Assembly (NCBI GenBank): GCA_000091205.1
Contig: AP006500.2
Source of the DNA: Cyanidioschyzon merolae
Lineage: Eukaryota
Reading direction: 5' to 3' (one strand)
DNA length: 64,000 bases
Made by a program: the position numbers and the translations under genes. The notes under the pieces are model-generated. The model had not been told where the DNA came from and made no database searches. It saw only the letters and a program-made list of their open reading frames with translations. Each line of letters starts with the position of its first letter. Positions within the stretch are counted from its first letter, which is position 1. Positions 41,691 to 54,100 of the stretch are shown piece by piece.

Positions 41691-43438
41691 ACAGGTGCCC
41701 TGGAGGCAACGTCGTCGAACGGTTTCGATCACCGCTGCAACAGACAACATTGAATAGGACTCGTTCGTGTCGTGAACGAATGCGTTCCTGGCAATGTTTG
41801 AAATGTACGCGTGCATGCATAAAAGCGCAGCATTGTTGTCTACATGAACAGAGACCTAGCACAAGGATATGCAAGTCGAGGTGACCGAATGCTCGATATT
41901 CGAGATTCCGCATCACAAAGCAGCACATATATCTGGTGGACTTGCAGGTTGCGCTCACAAACGCGGATGCATTCCAACCGGGCAAGGATTGCTCTCGTGG
42001 TGACGCTCGACCTCTAGTTCCGTTGCCAGTTGTCGAAGGATATCGGTGAGCGTACTCAATTCTCGAGTCGGCGCTTTCGAATGTTGTAAACCGATTCCAC
42101 GGTGGCACGGAAGTTGCGGTCAAAGCTTCGCTTGACAATCCTGTCTTGTTTGTTCGCAGTCTCGGGTTGCGCTTGGCAGCAAAGGCGTTCGACTTTTGTC
42201 TGTTGTCGGAGAACGAGAGAGAATCCACAATATCTGCTGCACCGACGATTGCCCTGCGGCGTCAGGAGGTCTGTTTCATCGGGCGACGCTTCCCCATAAC
42301 TAGCAGAGAGAGCGCTTTCTTCGAATGCATACTACGTTTCTGCTCCCGGTGCAATACCCGACGATCACGGGCTGCCTCTGGGCTGTTTCTGCGGCGAGTA
42401 CCCAGAATGCCGCACGTACAAGAGGACGATGTTCTATTCGATCGGCGAGTTATGGAACGATATGTTATCCGCGATGATGCACGAACTGGAACGAAAACCC
42501 AGGTCGGACGTCGGACGTCGAGATACTTGGATCCCTCTATGCAACCTTCGGGTAAAGCGGTAACGTACCCTAGACTAGACGCGATTGCGAGGATGACTGA
42601 AATCCAAAACCCTGTTCCATGGAGCCAGCGGATACGCGAGCTTATGGGCGTTTATGGCGAGAATGCTCATCATGCTGCTATCGAATGCGGTCTCTTCTAC
42701 GCAAACAAAGAGCGGAGTGCTTGTTTGTCGAACGGCATCGATGATGGAACATGGCACGTTCAGTGAACGTTCAGTATGAATTGGTGGTCGAGTCGTCTTC
42801 GGATGACGTCGAGTGTTTCTACGTCAATGTGGCAGCGTGAATAGCTGAATCCTTGTGTCGCCTTGAACCAGTAAAATGGATATCATGAAGAATTTGTGAT
42901 TCGAGTACGCAAGCCGTATGAAAAGGAGAAACCTTGAGGCCACTACGCAGGCAGTGGGCGTTGCTGTCGATGGTAGTACGGAGCAGAATTCGCGTGCCTG
43001 GCAAAGCGTCTTGATACAGGCGACGTTACGAATGCCCAGTGCACAGCTTCGACGCAGTCACTCTGAAAGAAAAACGACCGAGAATCCTGTATCTATTGAT
43101 GAATTCGTAAGCGCTGCTTGCCGCACTTCAGATGTCGAGGCAGTACATGTGACGAAATTTCAAGAAAAAAAAACATCATCAATTCAGGAACAGATCGCGT
43201 AGGTCCATGTCCCATTTTAAGCTGTCGTCGGGTATATCGACAAGTCAGCGTTTCTGAAACGTTGTTTTTCGCGCCAGACTGCAACAGAAAGGCAAGCATC
43301 CAACAGTTGCTTCAGAACAAGTTCAGCGGGCATGGATCCCCATCCCCCCTGGAGAGGTTCATAAAGCGATTCCACGAAATTCCAACCGAAATCAACGCAG
43401 CGTTGACCATTGCACACGCTACTCCACGAGTTGAAGGC

Positions 43439-46400
43439 CTAGAACATCGTCTCTTCGATCGATTTATCCGAGGCGAGCTCATGCTGCGCGTGTTGCAGTG
43501 CACCCTGCAACGCAGCTGTTGTCGGTGCCTCAAACCACAGGTACAAAGGCCTTTGGATCTCGGGCATCGCGTGAAACGTTGCTCGAGAGCGTCGCTCTGG
43601 CAGGTTGCGCTGATACGCACCCTTGACCAACACCCGACAACCGTGTTTCTCGAAAATATGTCGCAGAAACGCTGAGCTGGTCACGCGTTGGCGAACTGTT
43701 CCTGGATAACCATTGATCACAAGGATAGCGGTACATTCGTCCGCCCATAATACCGCGTCTTTGGCGCTGCACGCGTCGAGCTGGTGCTGCTCCACCAGAG
43801 ATGAATCCGCCCCAGCACCGAGTAGAATGCTATCCGTAGTCGCTGCCGGCACGAGACGACGCCGAAGGCGCTCCAGATCACGCGTGTCGAAAGTGAAGCC
43901 GCGGCCTCGGTACTCTGGTGGACGCCACTCCACCCGTCGACAGCGATGCCCCGAGGCACTCGGAATCGACTGTTGTTGTTGTTGTTGTTGCTGTTGCTGA
44001 GGTGCCGCTGAAGCTAGTCCCGTCGAATAACCACAACCGTGCATGCTGCTCGAGGCATGCGAAACCGTCCGGGCACCGTCACCGTCGAATGATGCAGCTG
44101 GTGGGTCATCGGTCTTCGGGGATCGCCCCACATGCCGCGTTGCAGGGCGACTCGCTTCAACTGGCGACATTGGCGGATAACTTGCCACGTCTCCAGAGAC
44201 GCTCCTGGTTTCCCTCGATTTCTCGATCGTTCTTCGGGTTGCAGCCGGCGCAGCGACATGTGAACGAGTCGCGCCGCATTCGATCATAGGCATCTGTGCT
44301 CCTTGCCGGGCGAAGCGGGGCCGCTTGGTACCCATCCAACGTTCCCGGGCCGTCGCCAACGCAGACGGCACCTCTTGACCCGCTGCTTCCAGACACTGGA
44401 CCAGGAACGGCGCCGCAAAATCATCCTGATGCGGCACGAAAAGCGTATACGCTACCCCGAGACGATTTGCTCGACCTGTCCGTCCAACACGATGCACGTA
44501 GTCCTCGAGTGATCGAGGAGCGTGGAAATTGACGACCACATCCAGGTCTGGAACGTCGAGGCCACGGGCAGCCAACGATGTCGCCAGGAGCAAACGACAA
44601 CTTGCGTGTGAGCCTGCGTCCGCCGATCGTTTCAGTGGATGTCGAAAGAGATCCCAGGTGTCGTCGCGATCGCCTTGATCAATACCACCATGGAGCGCCA
44701 ACATGTGCTCTATTGCCTCGTTTGCGGCGCGTCGCAACGCCGGAGCACGCTTCGACGCCTGCTGCTTCTCCTGTCGATGCCATTCTACGAGTCGTTGAAA
44801 GAGCAGGTCCACCTGTTCTTGACGGGAAACGAACACCAGCATTCGAGCTGTTGTATGCCTGTCCAGAAGATCCAATAGCGCCGCAAACCGAGCCGCTTCA
44901 CCCTGCTCCACCGCTTGCGGTGGGTCCGTTTCCGGTAACACGTGTACACGTTGTTGAATGGTTAACGGAATGCCCGGTTCATACGCTGATCCTGGCGACT
45001 GCGGCATGGTTAACGGCCGTGTCGTACACCGGATAAGCACCAGTCGACGACGTGCCCGATAGCGCTGATGATGCGATCCATCACTGGCGATCGCTGCCTG
45101 TCTCTGCTGCGATATGAGTTTGCGAATGAGCTTTTCCATAATTGGCGGCAATGTTGCCGAGAAGAACGCCATTTGGACCTGCGTTGAAGTCGCAGCGAGA
45201 ATGCGTTGGATCTGTGGCGCGAATCCCAGATCCAGAAGCCTGTCGACCTCATCCAAAACCAGAAGCGCCGTACCACGTAGATGCAGGAATCTCCCTCGGT
45301 TCAACTGGAGAAGGGATATCAAGCGCCCGGGTGTTCCGATGAGGACCCGAACGCCGCGGCAGAGCGTCGCCACATTGGCCGCCAAGTCTGCACCGCCGTA
45401 GGCACATAAACACCAAGACTCGGGCATCGCAGGCACCGCGATATCAGGGTCAGCAACGCTAGCACGAAAACTAGCATCAGCAGCGTATCGCTCGGGTTCC
45501 AGCGCACTGCACGATGGCCAACTGAGGTGCTGCAGCAGCGTCACCAGCAACTTGTGTACCTGCATGGCTAGTTCACGGGTTGGTGTGATGACGACCGCAA
45601 CCGGACACGTTCGTCGGCGTCCTCTATCACGCCATGAGCGAATGAGGTACCGCACAAGCGGCACCAGGTACGCCAGCGTCTTACCGGAGCCGGTTTCGGC
45701 GACGCCCACACAATGGTGACCACGCACCAGCACCGGAATGCAAGCACGTTGCACCAGCGTGGGGTGCCCCATGCCCAGACCGTCTTTCAACCAGTCAAGG
45801 ATCGTGGTAGGGAGTCCGGTCTGTTCCCAGTTGTGCAATAGCGATACGCCGAGCAGACGATGCGGCTGTTCGAGGTCGCGAACGAGAACACCCGGCGCTT
45901 CGGATACCGTTCGATGACGACGATCTGCGGTAACGCCCTCGACCTGCATACTGCCAGAAGCGGCATCGTTATCTTCGGTATCCGAGGACGCTGGTACGGA
46001 AACGGTATCGGCGTTGTCTGGACGACTGCTAGCCGGCAGTGAGCTCAAGCACGGTTCCGAGCGAGGCTGGAGTGCTTGCACTTGTCGAGTGCGATCGGCA
46101 AGGTGTGCGGTTCGGGAAGCAGCGCCCCAATGGCGTTGTCGTTTGGCGGGCTCGTGTCGAGGCGAGGTCCCCGGTGTGCCGTTCCCCGTTCCAGAGAATG
46201 ACGGCTCAGCGGCCGAGGGCCAGCTTCCAGCACTCCGGTGAAGCCCGTTCTTCTCTGAAGCGCACAGGTGCTCGATTTCATGCCCGTCGGAGACCAAACC
46301 GGTTTTCGTTGGGGATCCTGGCTCCGCCTTTGGACACGGAGAACGACGTGGTTGTTGCTGGATGTCGTGGCTTTGGGCAACAGGGTCCAGTTCGCAAGCG

Positions 46401-46522
46401 CTACCGTTTCGCGAATACGGGACAGAAAAACTCAAACACTCGTGCCTGTTCCCAGCAACTGGTCCACTGAGCGTGGCCATGAACGCGTCCAGTGAGTCCG
46501 TAGCAGTTCCCAGTTGCTCCAT
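43439..46522 (-). CDS. DEAD-box-family ATP-dependent RNA helicase (motif II is DEVD), 1027 aa, with polyGln tract and C-terminal extension
   Basis: Q-motif region, motif I AETGSGKTLAY, Ia PTRELAMQ, II LVLDEVDRL, III FFSATLP, V ARGLDVPDLDVVVNF, VI HRVGRTGRAN. A Q10 tract lies near codons for ..APQQQQQQQQQQSIPS... Confidence 0.9.
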   Translation of the reverse strand: MEQLGTATDSLDAFMATLSGPVAGNRHECLSFSVPYSRNGSACELDPVAQSHDIQQQPRRSPCPKAEPGSPTKTGLVSDGHEIEHLCASEKNGLHRSAGSWPSAAEPSFSGTGNGTPGTSPRHEPAKRQRHWGAASRTAHLADRTRQVQALQPRSEPCLSSLPASSRPDNADTVSVPASSDTEDNDAASGSMQVEGVTADRRHRTVSEAPGVLVRDLEQPHRLLGVSLLHNWEQTGLPTTILDWLKDGLGMGHPTLVQRACIPVLVRGHHCVGVAETGSGKTLAYLVPLVRYLIRSWRDRGRRRTCPVAVVITPTRELAMQVHKLLVTLLQHLSWPSCSALEPERYAADASFRASVADPDIAVPAMPESWCLCAYGGADLAANVATLCRGVRVLIGTPGRLISLLQLNRGRFLHLRGTALLVLDEVDRLLDLGFAPQIQRILAATSTQVQMAFFSATLPPIMEKLIRKLISQQRQAAIASDGSHHQRYRARRRLVLIRCTTRPLTMPQSPGSAYEPGIPLTIQQRVHVLPETDPPQAVEQGEAARFAALLDLLDRHTTARMLVFVSRQEQVDLLFQRLVEWHRQEKQQASKRAPALRRAANEAIEHMLALHGGIDQGDRDDTWDLFRHPLKRSADAGSHASCRLLLATSLAARGLDVPDLDVVVNFHAPRSLEDYVHRVGRTGRANRLGVAYTLFVPHQDDFAAPFLVQCLEAAGQEVPSALATARERWMGTKRPRFARQGAQMPMIECGATRSHVAAPAATRRTIEKSRETRSVSGDVASYPPMSPVEASRPATRHVGRSPKTDDPPAASFDGDGARTVSHASSSMHGCGYSTGLASAAPQQQQQQQQQQSIPSASGHRCRRVEWRPPEYRGRGFTFDTRDLERLRRRLVPAATTDSILLGAGADSSLVEQHQLDACSAKDAVLWADECTAILVINGYPGTVRQRVTSSAFLRHIFEKHGCRVLVKGAYQRNLPERRSRATFHAMPEIQRPLYLWFEAPTTAALQGALQHAQHELASDKSIEETMF
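43971..43998. repeat. (TGT/TGC)n microsatellite. It is the plus-strand view of the (CAA/CAG)n that encodes the polyGln tract of the helicase.
   Basis: tgttgttgttgttgttgttgctgttgctg. Confidence 0.85.
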
Positions 46523-47580
46523 TCCGTCCTGGGCTTGTTCCTAAACGTACAGCAGCTCACGTCTGTATCCAACGCTGGAGATGCCAATGGTCATTGTTGA
46601 GGGTGCTTGAGTGCGCGAGCAGTCGCGTCGTTCACGTGCGTTGCTCGACAGTCGATGAACTTCATGGTGTCTTCTGAGAAGGGATCCGGGATACTTCGAT
46701 AGATGTCGAACGCTTTTCGATCGACGGAATGTCTGCAATGATCAGGGGTGGTCTTTTTGTATATGGGACACGTGAGCCTGATCGCTCGTGGTCCACCGAA
46801 CGTGCGATCGTTGTAGACAGCCAAGGAAAGCGACCAGGGCTTGGCTCTCGAGACGCCAAGTTCCGAAAATCACCAATCAGACTTGTCTGCGAGGGTCACG
46901 AAGCTTTATACGATGCCCTGTCTGCAGATATTATCGACGGTATGTGCTACAGTGGCTCGAGGCTGGTGCATGCTCGTACGGGGTCCAGCGTCTTCGCAAT
47001 GAGCGATCTGTGAACGCCATCACGACAGAGAACTTGTCGTGGGTGACTGGGGAGCAGACCCCAGACAACCAGAGTACCTGGTATGGAATGAATCGTGACG
47101 CGTTTCCCGACTGGACCGAACGTTTGGTAGTAAGCTGGATCCCGGCTGGTCGCGGCAACTCGCCTGCCGTAGACGGGTGTCTAGCGCTCTGAACCCAGCG
47201 AACTTGCTCGTTGCGTACCACTGGGATCCCGGGGGGAGAGAGCGCGCGCGCGGGCACGCGGTCGATCCTTTGTCTCTCTGCAACCCGACGAGAGCAGCTT
47301 ATCCTAGAGTGGCTATGAGCGTTTCGTAGCTGCCGTGGTTTCCAGCATTCGAGTTGTGCGGCAAAGAACCCTAGTGGATACGCGTTTCGAAGCGTCCTCA
47401 GCGGCTGCATCTTCGCATCTTTCGTGTTCCGTTCAGCGTCTGGATACGTGCTGAAGCGGTTCGAGGACGCACGAACTCGCCTCCGTTCCTAGACGATGCG
47501 ATATTGGACACAATTGCCGCTGAACCGCAGCCTGGACCACGGGTGTGCGAAGATCATCAGCAACTGCTACAGAAGACTGG

Positions 47581-47606
47581 GCAGCAGCAGCAGCAGCAGC
47601 AGCAGG
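47581..47606. repeat. (GCA)n microsatellite, intergenic
   Basis: gcagcagcagcagcagcagcagcagg. Confidence 0.85.
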
Positions 47607-47940
47607 ACACATACCATCAAAAAACCGATCCCCAGTTCCAGAATCAGCAGACCAGAACGTGAATGCGTACTTTACGGGCCTCGTGCTCGTGGTTCATGGG
47701 TGAACGCGTGGTGCACCATGCTCCTGGCGATCCACAGCTGCACCAAGCGCCACATGGTAGCTCGTATCGCTGCTTGATGGGATGCTTTCGACAAGATGCT
47801 GCCTCTGCTGAAAGGCATGCGCAAACGCCCATGAACCAACTCCCGCTTTCCATTCCATTCATGCACGACACAAAGGCGCGTGCTCAACTCTACAATGCGG
47901 ACAGAGCGCGGTGCACTTTCCACGGCAACTAGCAGTAACC

Positions 47941-47968
47941 CGTCGTCGTCGTCGTCGTCGTCGTCGTC
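47941..47968. repeat. (CGT)9 microsatellite, intergenic
   Basis: cgtcgtcgtcgtcgtcgtcgtcgtcgtc. Confidence 0.85.
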
Positions 47969-48083
47969 CACGTCACCGTCATTCGCCATCTTTCACAAGC
48001 TCGATAACATCCCTGCAAAAACTCGTCTATCCGAGCGCCTCGCGCTGCACGCAACCGGCAAGACGGTAACCATGTATCCACAT

Positions 48084-48099
48084 ACACACACACACACAC
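48084..48099. repeat. (CA)n dinucleotide microsatellite just downstream of the LRR gene
   Basis: acacacacacacacac followed by gtacacacgtaca. Confidence 0.8.
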
Positions 48100-48113
48100 G
48101 TACACACGTACAG

Positions 48114-51100
48114 CTAGCTTCCCGGTTGGTCCGTTTCCGCTCCGAGAATCACCAGACCCGGCCGCATCCGTTCCAACGATTGTACCGATACCGCCGAAAA
48201 CGAGTCCTTATTGCAGCCGCGCACACACAGCAACCGTAAATACGGCAACGTCGGCAACAATACCGCGAGCCCGCGCCACGTCACCGCTGTGAACGCCAAG
48301 TTCAACGTTTCCAACAAATGCGGCTGCCCGAGATCCTGTTGTACCTGCGCAAGCCGTGCATATTCCCGTAGACCAGCATCAGAAATACGCATATTCTGGC
48401 TGATATTCAGCGCTCGCAGATACGGCAAGTGTTGCGCGATCAGGCGCAGCGCGGCATCGGTGAGCGCACCGCTGCAAACTTCCAAGCTTTCCACATATGG
48501 ACACGCTTGTACAAGATAGGACATTCCGCGATCCGTAATGTGCGCACCGAACAGGTCCAGGTGCCGCAGGTGCCGCGGTAACCCGATGCGTCGATGCAGG
48601 TGCACTGCTACCGTCGCTGAGGACAGCGCTGGAGCCGCCACATCCCTACTGCTGACAGGCTCTGGACTGGCTTCGTTCTCTTCTACCTGGAGCGCATCAT
48701 CGCTGATGAGTCGAGCGTCCAGTCCCAGCCATTCTAACTGCTCCAGCGTGGATAAACTCTTTGTGATGTTGCTCTGAACGGCTGTGTATGAGAGATCAAG
48801 CCGCCGTAACTGACGTAAACGCGCGAGCAGACTGGCTCCGACGGCACTCGTGACGTTGGTATCCGCCAGGTCTAGTTCACGTAATGACTTGAGCGACTGC
48901 AGATGCTCCAGACCAGCATCCGTGATCAACCGGCACTGCGATAGATCGAGTCGCTCCAGGCCCTGAAACAAGCGTACGTAATGACTGAGCGAGCGATCCG
49001 TGAGACGGCAGCCATGCACACTCAGTGAGCGCAGCGTGTCGCGGCTCGAATAGACGCCGTGTGTCGCGTGCACGAGGCGCTCGACGGCAGCAGGGTTCTG
49101 CTGGTACTGCTGGCGGTTGTATTGGTGGTGCGTGCGGCGTCCGCTCGCTAGCCCTGCCAGAGCTGCCAGAAAGCCGTCCGTTACCAGTTGAGCACACTTG
49201 CCCAGGTCCAGGTGCACGAGTTGCTTACCAGGGAGCGCGAGCTCTTCTCCGAATCGCGTCGCTGCATCGGACTCAACGGACAGCGTTTCTCCGCATCCGC
49301 ACAACGACAGTGACTGCAACTGTGGCAGAGCGCCCAGTTCCTGCAGCACTGCCCCGGTGATCCGCGTATACGAGAGGTCGACAACGCGCAGGCTCTGTCG
49401 ATGCTGACGAAGCAGCGGCCTCAACGAACGATCACCGAGACGGAAACAATGCGCCACCGAGAGTGTCTCCAGGGTACCGCTGCTGCTGCTGTTGCTGCTG
49501 CTGCTGTACAGTAGCGCTTCAGTCGTCAGCGGTGCAACGAGGCCCGCAGATGCTTCGGTGGTGGCAACGGATTCAATTGCGGTGTCTTCCGAGTCGCCAG
49601 CCTTTGCCTCTGGTGTCGACAGTGCAGCGACCAGCGCACCCAGGCCTTCATCCGTCAGATGGATGCACGAGCTCAGATCCAAGTGTTTCAGCGCGAAGCG
49701 TCCAGCAGACGTTCTCTGGCACGGTCCACGAGCGACTCCCGACGCCAGCCCCTGAAATGCCTCGTCGGTGAGCGAGCGGCATCCCGCTAGACTCAAGCGC
49801 TCCAGTTTCGAGCACAATCGAAGCAGAGCGCGCACTCCCGGACCCCAGATGCCAAGACAGCCATCCAGAATGCACTCCTTGAGTTGCCTCAGATGGGGTG
49901 CCAGGCCTATCAGACCGCGATCCGTGATATGACTGCAGCCACTGAGGTCGAGCGTTTCCAACGTTGCGGCTCCTGCTGCTGCTGGGGCGAGTGCCAACAA
50001 CCACGTATCCCGTATGCGAGTCCGGTACGGTGCCGCTACTCGAAAGCGATGCCCCAGCGACACAGGGGCAGGTCGAATCTGCAGTCCCGGTCCGATGTTG
50101 GGCCAGAGGCCGGAGTCCGCTGCTGTCAGGGTCACCTGCGGCGCCACCCGCTGGGCATAGAATCGCAGCAGAGCGGGTGTTGCAATGCCGCTGGCGACAG
50201 CTGCCTCCCAACACAGTGCGAGCAGCGGTTCAGGTAAGGAATCCCAGGCGGCAGCGGCAGCAGGTGCTGCAGCAGCCCGCTGGACACCGTCCAGCAGCGA
50301 AGCAGACATACCAGAGGCGTCGACGCCGAGCCGCACAAGAGCCCGAGCCTGTTGCCGCAGGTGTGCTTCCGCTGTCCACGACGATGCCATGAACGTGTTC
50401 ACTGCGTCGGCGGCATCCATCGACTGGCATTGTGGATACCTGTCCAGGTGCGAATCCGCATGCTGGCCATCAACGGTGTACTGGACGAAGCACTGGGCGC
50501 AGAGCGTCTGCAACGACGCAGGCACTGCACCGAAACCGAGGATCGTGACGCTATCACCAATGTCCGGTGGCAACGTCCGTCGAACGAGTTCACGGACTCG
50601 TGGATGACTCGATGCGTTCACAGCGAGCAGCGCTTCACAAAATGCCTCGCTCCCGCTGTCAGCAGCACCAGACGCTGGACTCGATACGAGCCGCTGGACG
50701 CGCACCCAGGTGCTGTTGCGAGGCAGCGGATCCTGCCAGATACCTGCCTTGGGGCCGTCGTTCGGAGACGCGCTGTTGTCGAGACGCAGCAGAGCGCACT
50801 GCGCCTGCTGTTGTCCCGCACGGGCAACGCCGGCGTCCTCACCAGACCCAGTACGCATGGAACGCGGACCGCTCATACACTGGCGCCCTCGACAGCTGTT
50901 TCCAGCAACCGCATCCTGCTCTGCGTCGTTTCTCGCGCGCTCTGATAGCGGACTTGCGGCTCCGAGCAGCTGATGCAGCGCTGAGGTCGCTGCATGGAGT
51001 GTCCGTTTGGCGAAACCAGAGTTGTGTGCATCCGGCTGGTGCGTCGCTGTGGACAGCAGCGCGTCCATCGCATGACGTCTTGGAAACGCCTCAGAGGCAA

Positions 51101-54100
51101 GCTCTGCTGGCGGTGAGTTTGCATCGCTGCAGCGCTCAATGGAGGCAGCAGCGTCCACCGAAAGACGGACTGATGCGGAATCCGCTGCGATAAACGCTGC
51201 ATGATCGATCCTTCCTCGATAGGTGTGAACGTCCACAGCGGGCGTCACTGGTGATGAGAAACCCGCTGACGACGGCGAGCTCGTGCGACGCGGTGTTTCG
51301 AATCGCTCATCAGTCGCTTCTGTGCTGCTTGGTCTGCGTTCGGGCACGTGACCAGCGGGAAGCGCGCAGACACTTGACGCTGAGGCACCAACGACGTCGC
51401 CATAGCGCTGCAGCAATGGTGATGCCTCCAGCATCCCAGCTGGTACAGACTGTAGCTGGCGCTCATCGGAAGCAGTACACGGGCTGTATGTGGCAAACCT
51501 TTCCCCCAGTGAGGTCGGCGACATTCCGGGCTCGCGCTCCAGGGACGACACCAGCGGTACTGCTGCTGCTGGCATGGGGCGCTCACCGTCCCTGCTCAGC
51601 GAGGCACTGGGATGCAGGTCCGCGTCGGCAGCAAACATACAAGGCAGCGGGTCTGTTCCGCGCCAGCGATACAGCAGGGTATAGCCGCGACACGCTACCG
51701 GAGAGCGCGTCGTTTGCCCAGGTACACAGCGATACGCATGGGCGTTCACCAGAACGATTTCAGGAGAACCAGCAGCACACACCGACTGGATGCGATGACT
51801 CGGGTAACGCTCGGGGATGACACCCGAGCGCCGAGTCCAAAAGCCGCCCTCGGAGACGCTGCTCTGCGTTGCTGCATCCGGGCGTGAATGACGCGACCTC
51901 GACCCGTCGTTTTGATGGAAGCGTTCGGCATCCATTCCAGCTGAGCTCGCTAGCGACATCCAATATGAGTGCAGGGCCGTCGTAGCGGAACTCGCCAGCC
52001 ACAGCGACGCTCGAAGCGATGCACGTCGCTGGGGCCTCGAAACACTGCGCTCTGGTGACGCAGCGTCAAGAACGCGTGCACCAGTGGGTGACGCAGTAGT
52101 AGCAGCAGCACCAGCAGCAGCAGATGCCTCTCTTTGGAGCAAGTTCCCGTCCTTGGGGCTAGCGCAGATTCCTTGGTTGCCCGTGGAACTGCCACTGAGT
52201 ACCTGCAGGAGTTCGCTTAACAACGGATGCCGCGCCCCCGCTCGACTGAGCGCCTGCTGGCGTTGGTGCAGAAGCGTGAAGCGTCGCCCAGGTTGCGGCT
52301 TGGAAGGCATCTGCATGGCATGGAGAGCCCAGCATTGCAGCTGCTCGTTGCCGTCGTATTCATCATAGCCACGGTCATGATGATGATGATGATGATGATC
52401 GTGGTGCTGATGATAGTGGGCACGTGGATTTTGGCCAAAGCTCGGGTACGACGCACAGCGTGGATAGCGAACGGATCGCCTATACGGCAATACACTCGTG
52501 CTGGCTGCACGTCCAGTGGCAGAAACACTACTTGCGCTAGCCTCAAGCGATTCGAGGACCTCCTCCAGCGCTTCCACATACCGTTCCATGAGATCGAGGT
52601 CGGTGGTAAGCGGGTCCTCGCCCTCATCTGGATACCTGGCAAGCGGTGCTACTCCAGTGGAGCCATCGCATAACGTTCGGGCGCTCTCGCCTGCCTCGAT
52701 TCCAGTCGAAGGCGACGAACGGTCACCTCGTGGGGATTGTTGACGCCGGACTGTGCCGCCGAGTGACGCTGAGCCAGCGTCTTGACGATACCGTTTGTGA
52801 TCAGTGAACGAGCTCGCCCGCAAGCGGCACCTGCGTTCGTTATTGATGAAATCCTGGAGCGACAGTGCACTTTCCCGAGCCAAAGTCGATCGATTTGTCC
52901 TTTCAGAGCCGCTGGCTGTGAACGATGCGTTTGGCGACTGCAACGAGCCCGACGAGGAGCACGAGGAAAACGCACCAGCCCCAGTTGCATGACGAAAGCC
53001 GCCGTTGATAAACAGTCGCCGTCCGTCCAGAGAGGTATCGGTCTGGAGGCTGGACCTTGACCGCTGCATATCTTCATCGCGAGGTGGTAATGGTGGTGGT
53101 GGTGGTGGTGGTGACCGCGCCTCCAGGCATGTCGTTCGGCTCGAGCTGCACCCGTGTATGCAGGATATGCTGCGACTGAATTTGTTGGGCACTGCAGCAG
53201 CGTTCGTCGGACACTCCTGCAGTGAGCCTTGAATGTTTGTTTTCCGTTCGAGTGCCTGGGTATCGAGTTGCTGGGTTTCCTGGGTCTGTCGCTGGCGGGC
53301 AGTATGTGTGCGCAAACTACAACCGCCAGACGCATTGAGGTCTCCGCTTACCAGGTCCGTCGGCAGCGCGGGGCCCGTATGTCGAGCAACGAGCGCTGCC
53401 AGCGACTCCAGCAATGCATCAATATCAAAGAGCGTCTCGAAAGGCACCGAGATCGACCCGTCAGCGAACAGATCGTGCTGGAAAGGATCATAGGACAGGC
53501 CTTCGAGGCATCCGGTGCGACGCTGTTGCCAACGATGCCAGAGCGCTTCGTCGCTGCTCTGGGATCGCTGTTCAGGAAGGGGCAGCTCATTCGCGACAGG
53601 CGCTGCCATGGAGGCCGCAGCACTGGCATCTACGCAAGCTGGTAGCTCAGGAGCATCAGCTGCTGCCACCAAAGGCTGTTTTGGGGTGCTGTCGAGTGCT
53701 CTGCAGGGTTTCGGTGCTGGAAGCGTCGACAGCGTCGTCGCGTTTGGTGCATGCTGGCGACCGCCGCGTTTCAGCTCGTGCAGCGAAGCGCCATGCTGTC
53801 GTTCGCCAACCAGTACAGGGAACGGTTTGTCGCTGGAATTCGGAATCAGAGAACGAAGGATGTCGTCAACGAGTCGCAGCGAGTCCCTGCCAATATGTAG
53901 CGGCAAACTCGCCGACCAAACTGACATGCGCTGCGGCATCTGTTGATCCTTATCCTGGTACTCAGCGCACAAACTCCACAGACACAACCGAATTAACGCC
54001 ATATCGCGTCGCATACGCAGAATGAATCGCTTCTGCAACCATGAACATAGTGCGCAACAACGATTCGACAGATACTCCGCGTCCTCTGGCTCAGGTCTGG

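Noticed and set aside
52649-54025. Several 140-230 aa ORFs on both strands (52649-53335 minus, 53229-53645 plus, 53414-54025 plus)
   Set aside because: All lie inside the uninterrupted 7-kb LRR-protein frame, either on its own strand in other frames or antisense. No motifs.
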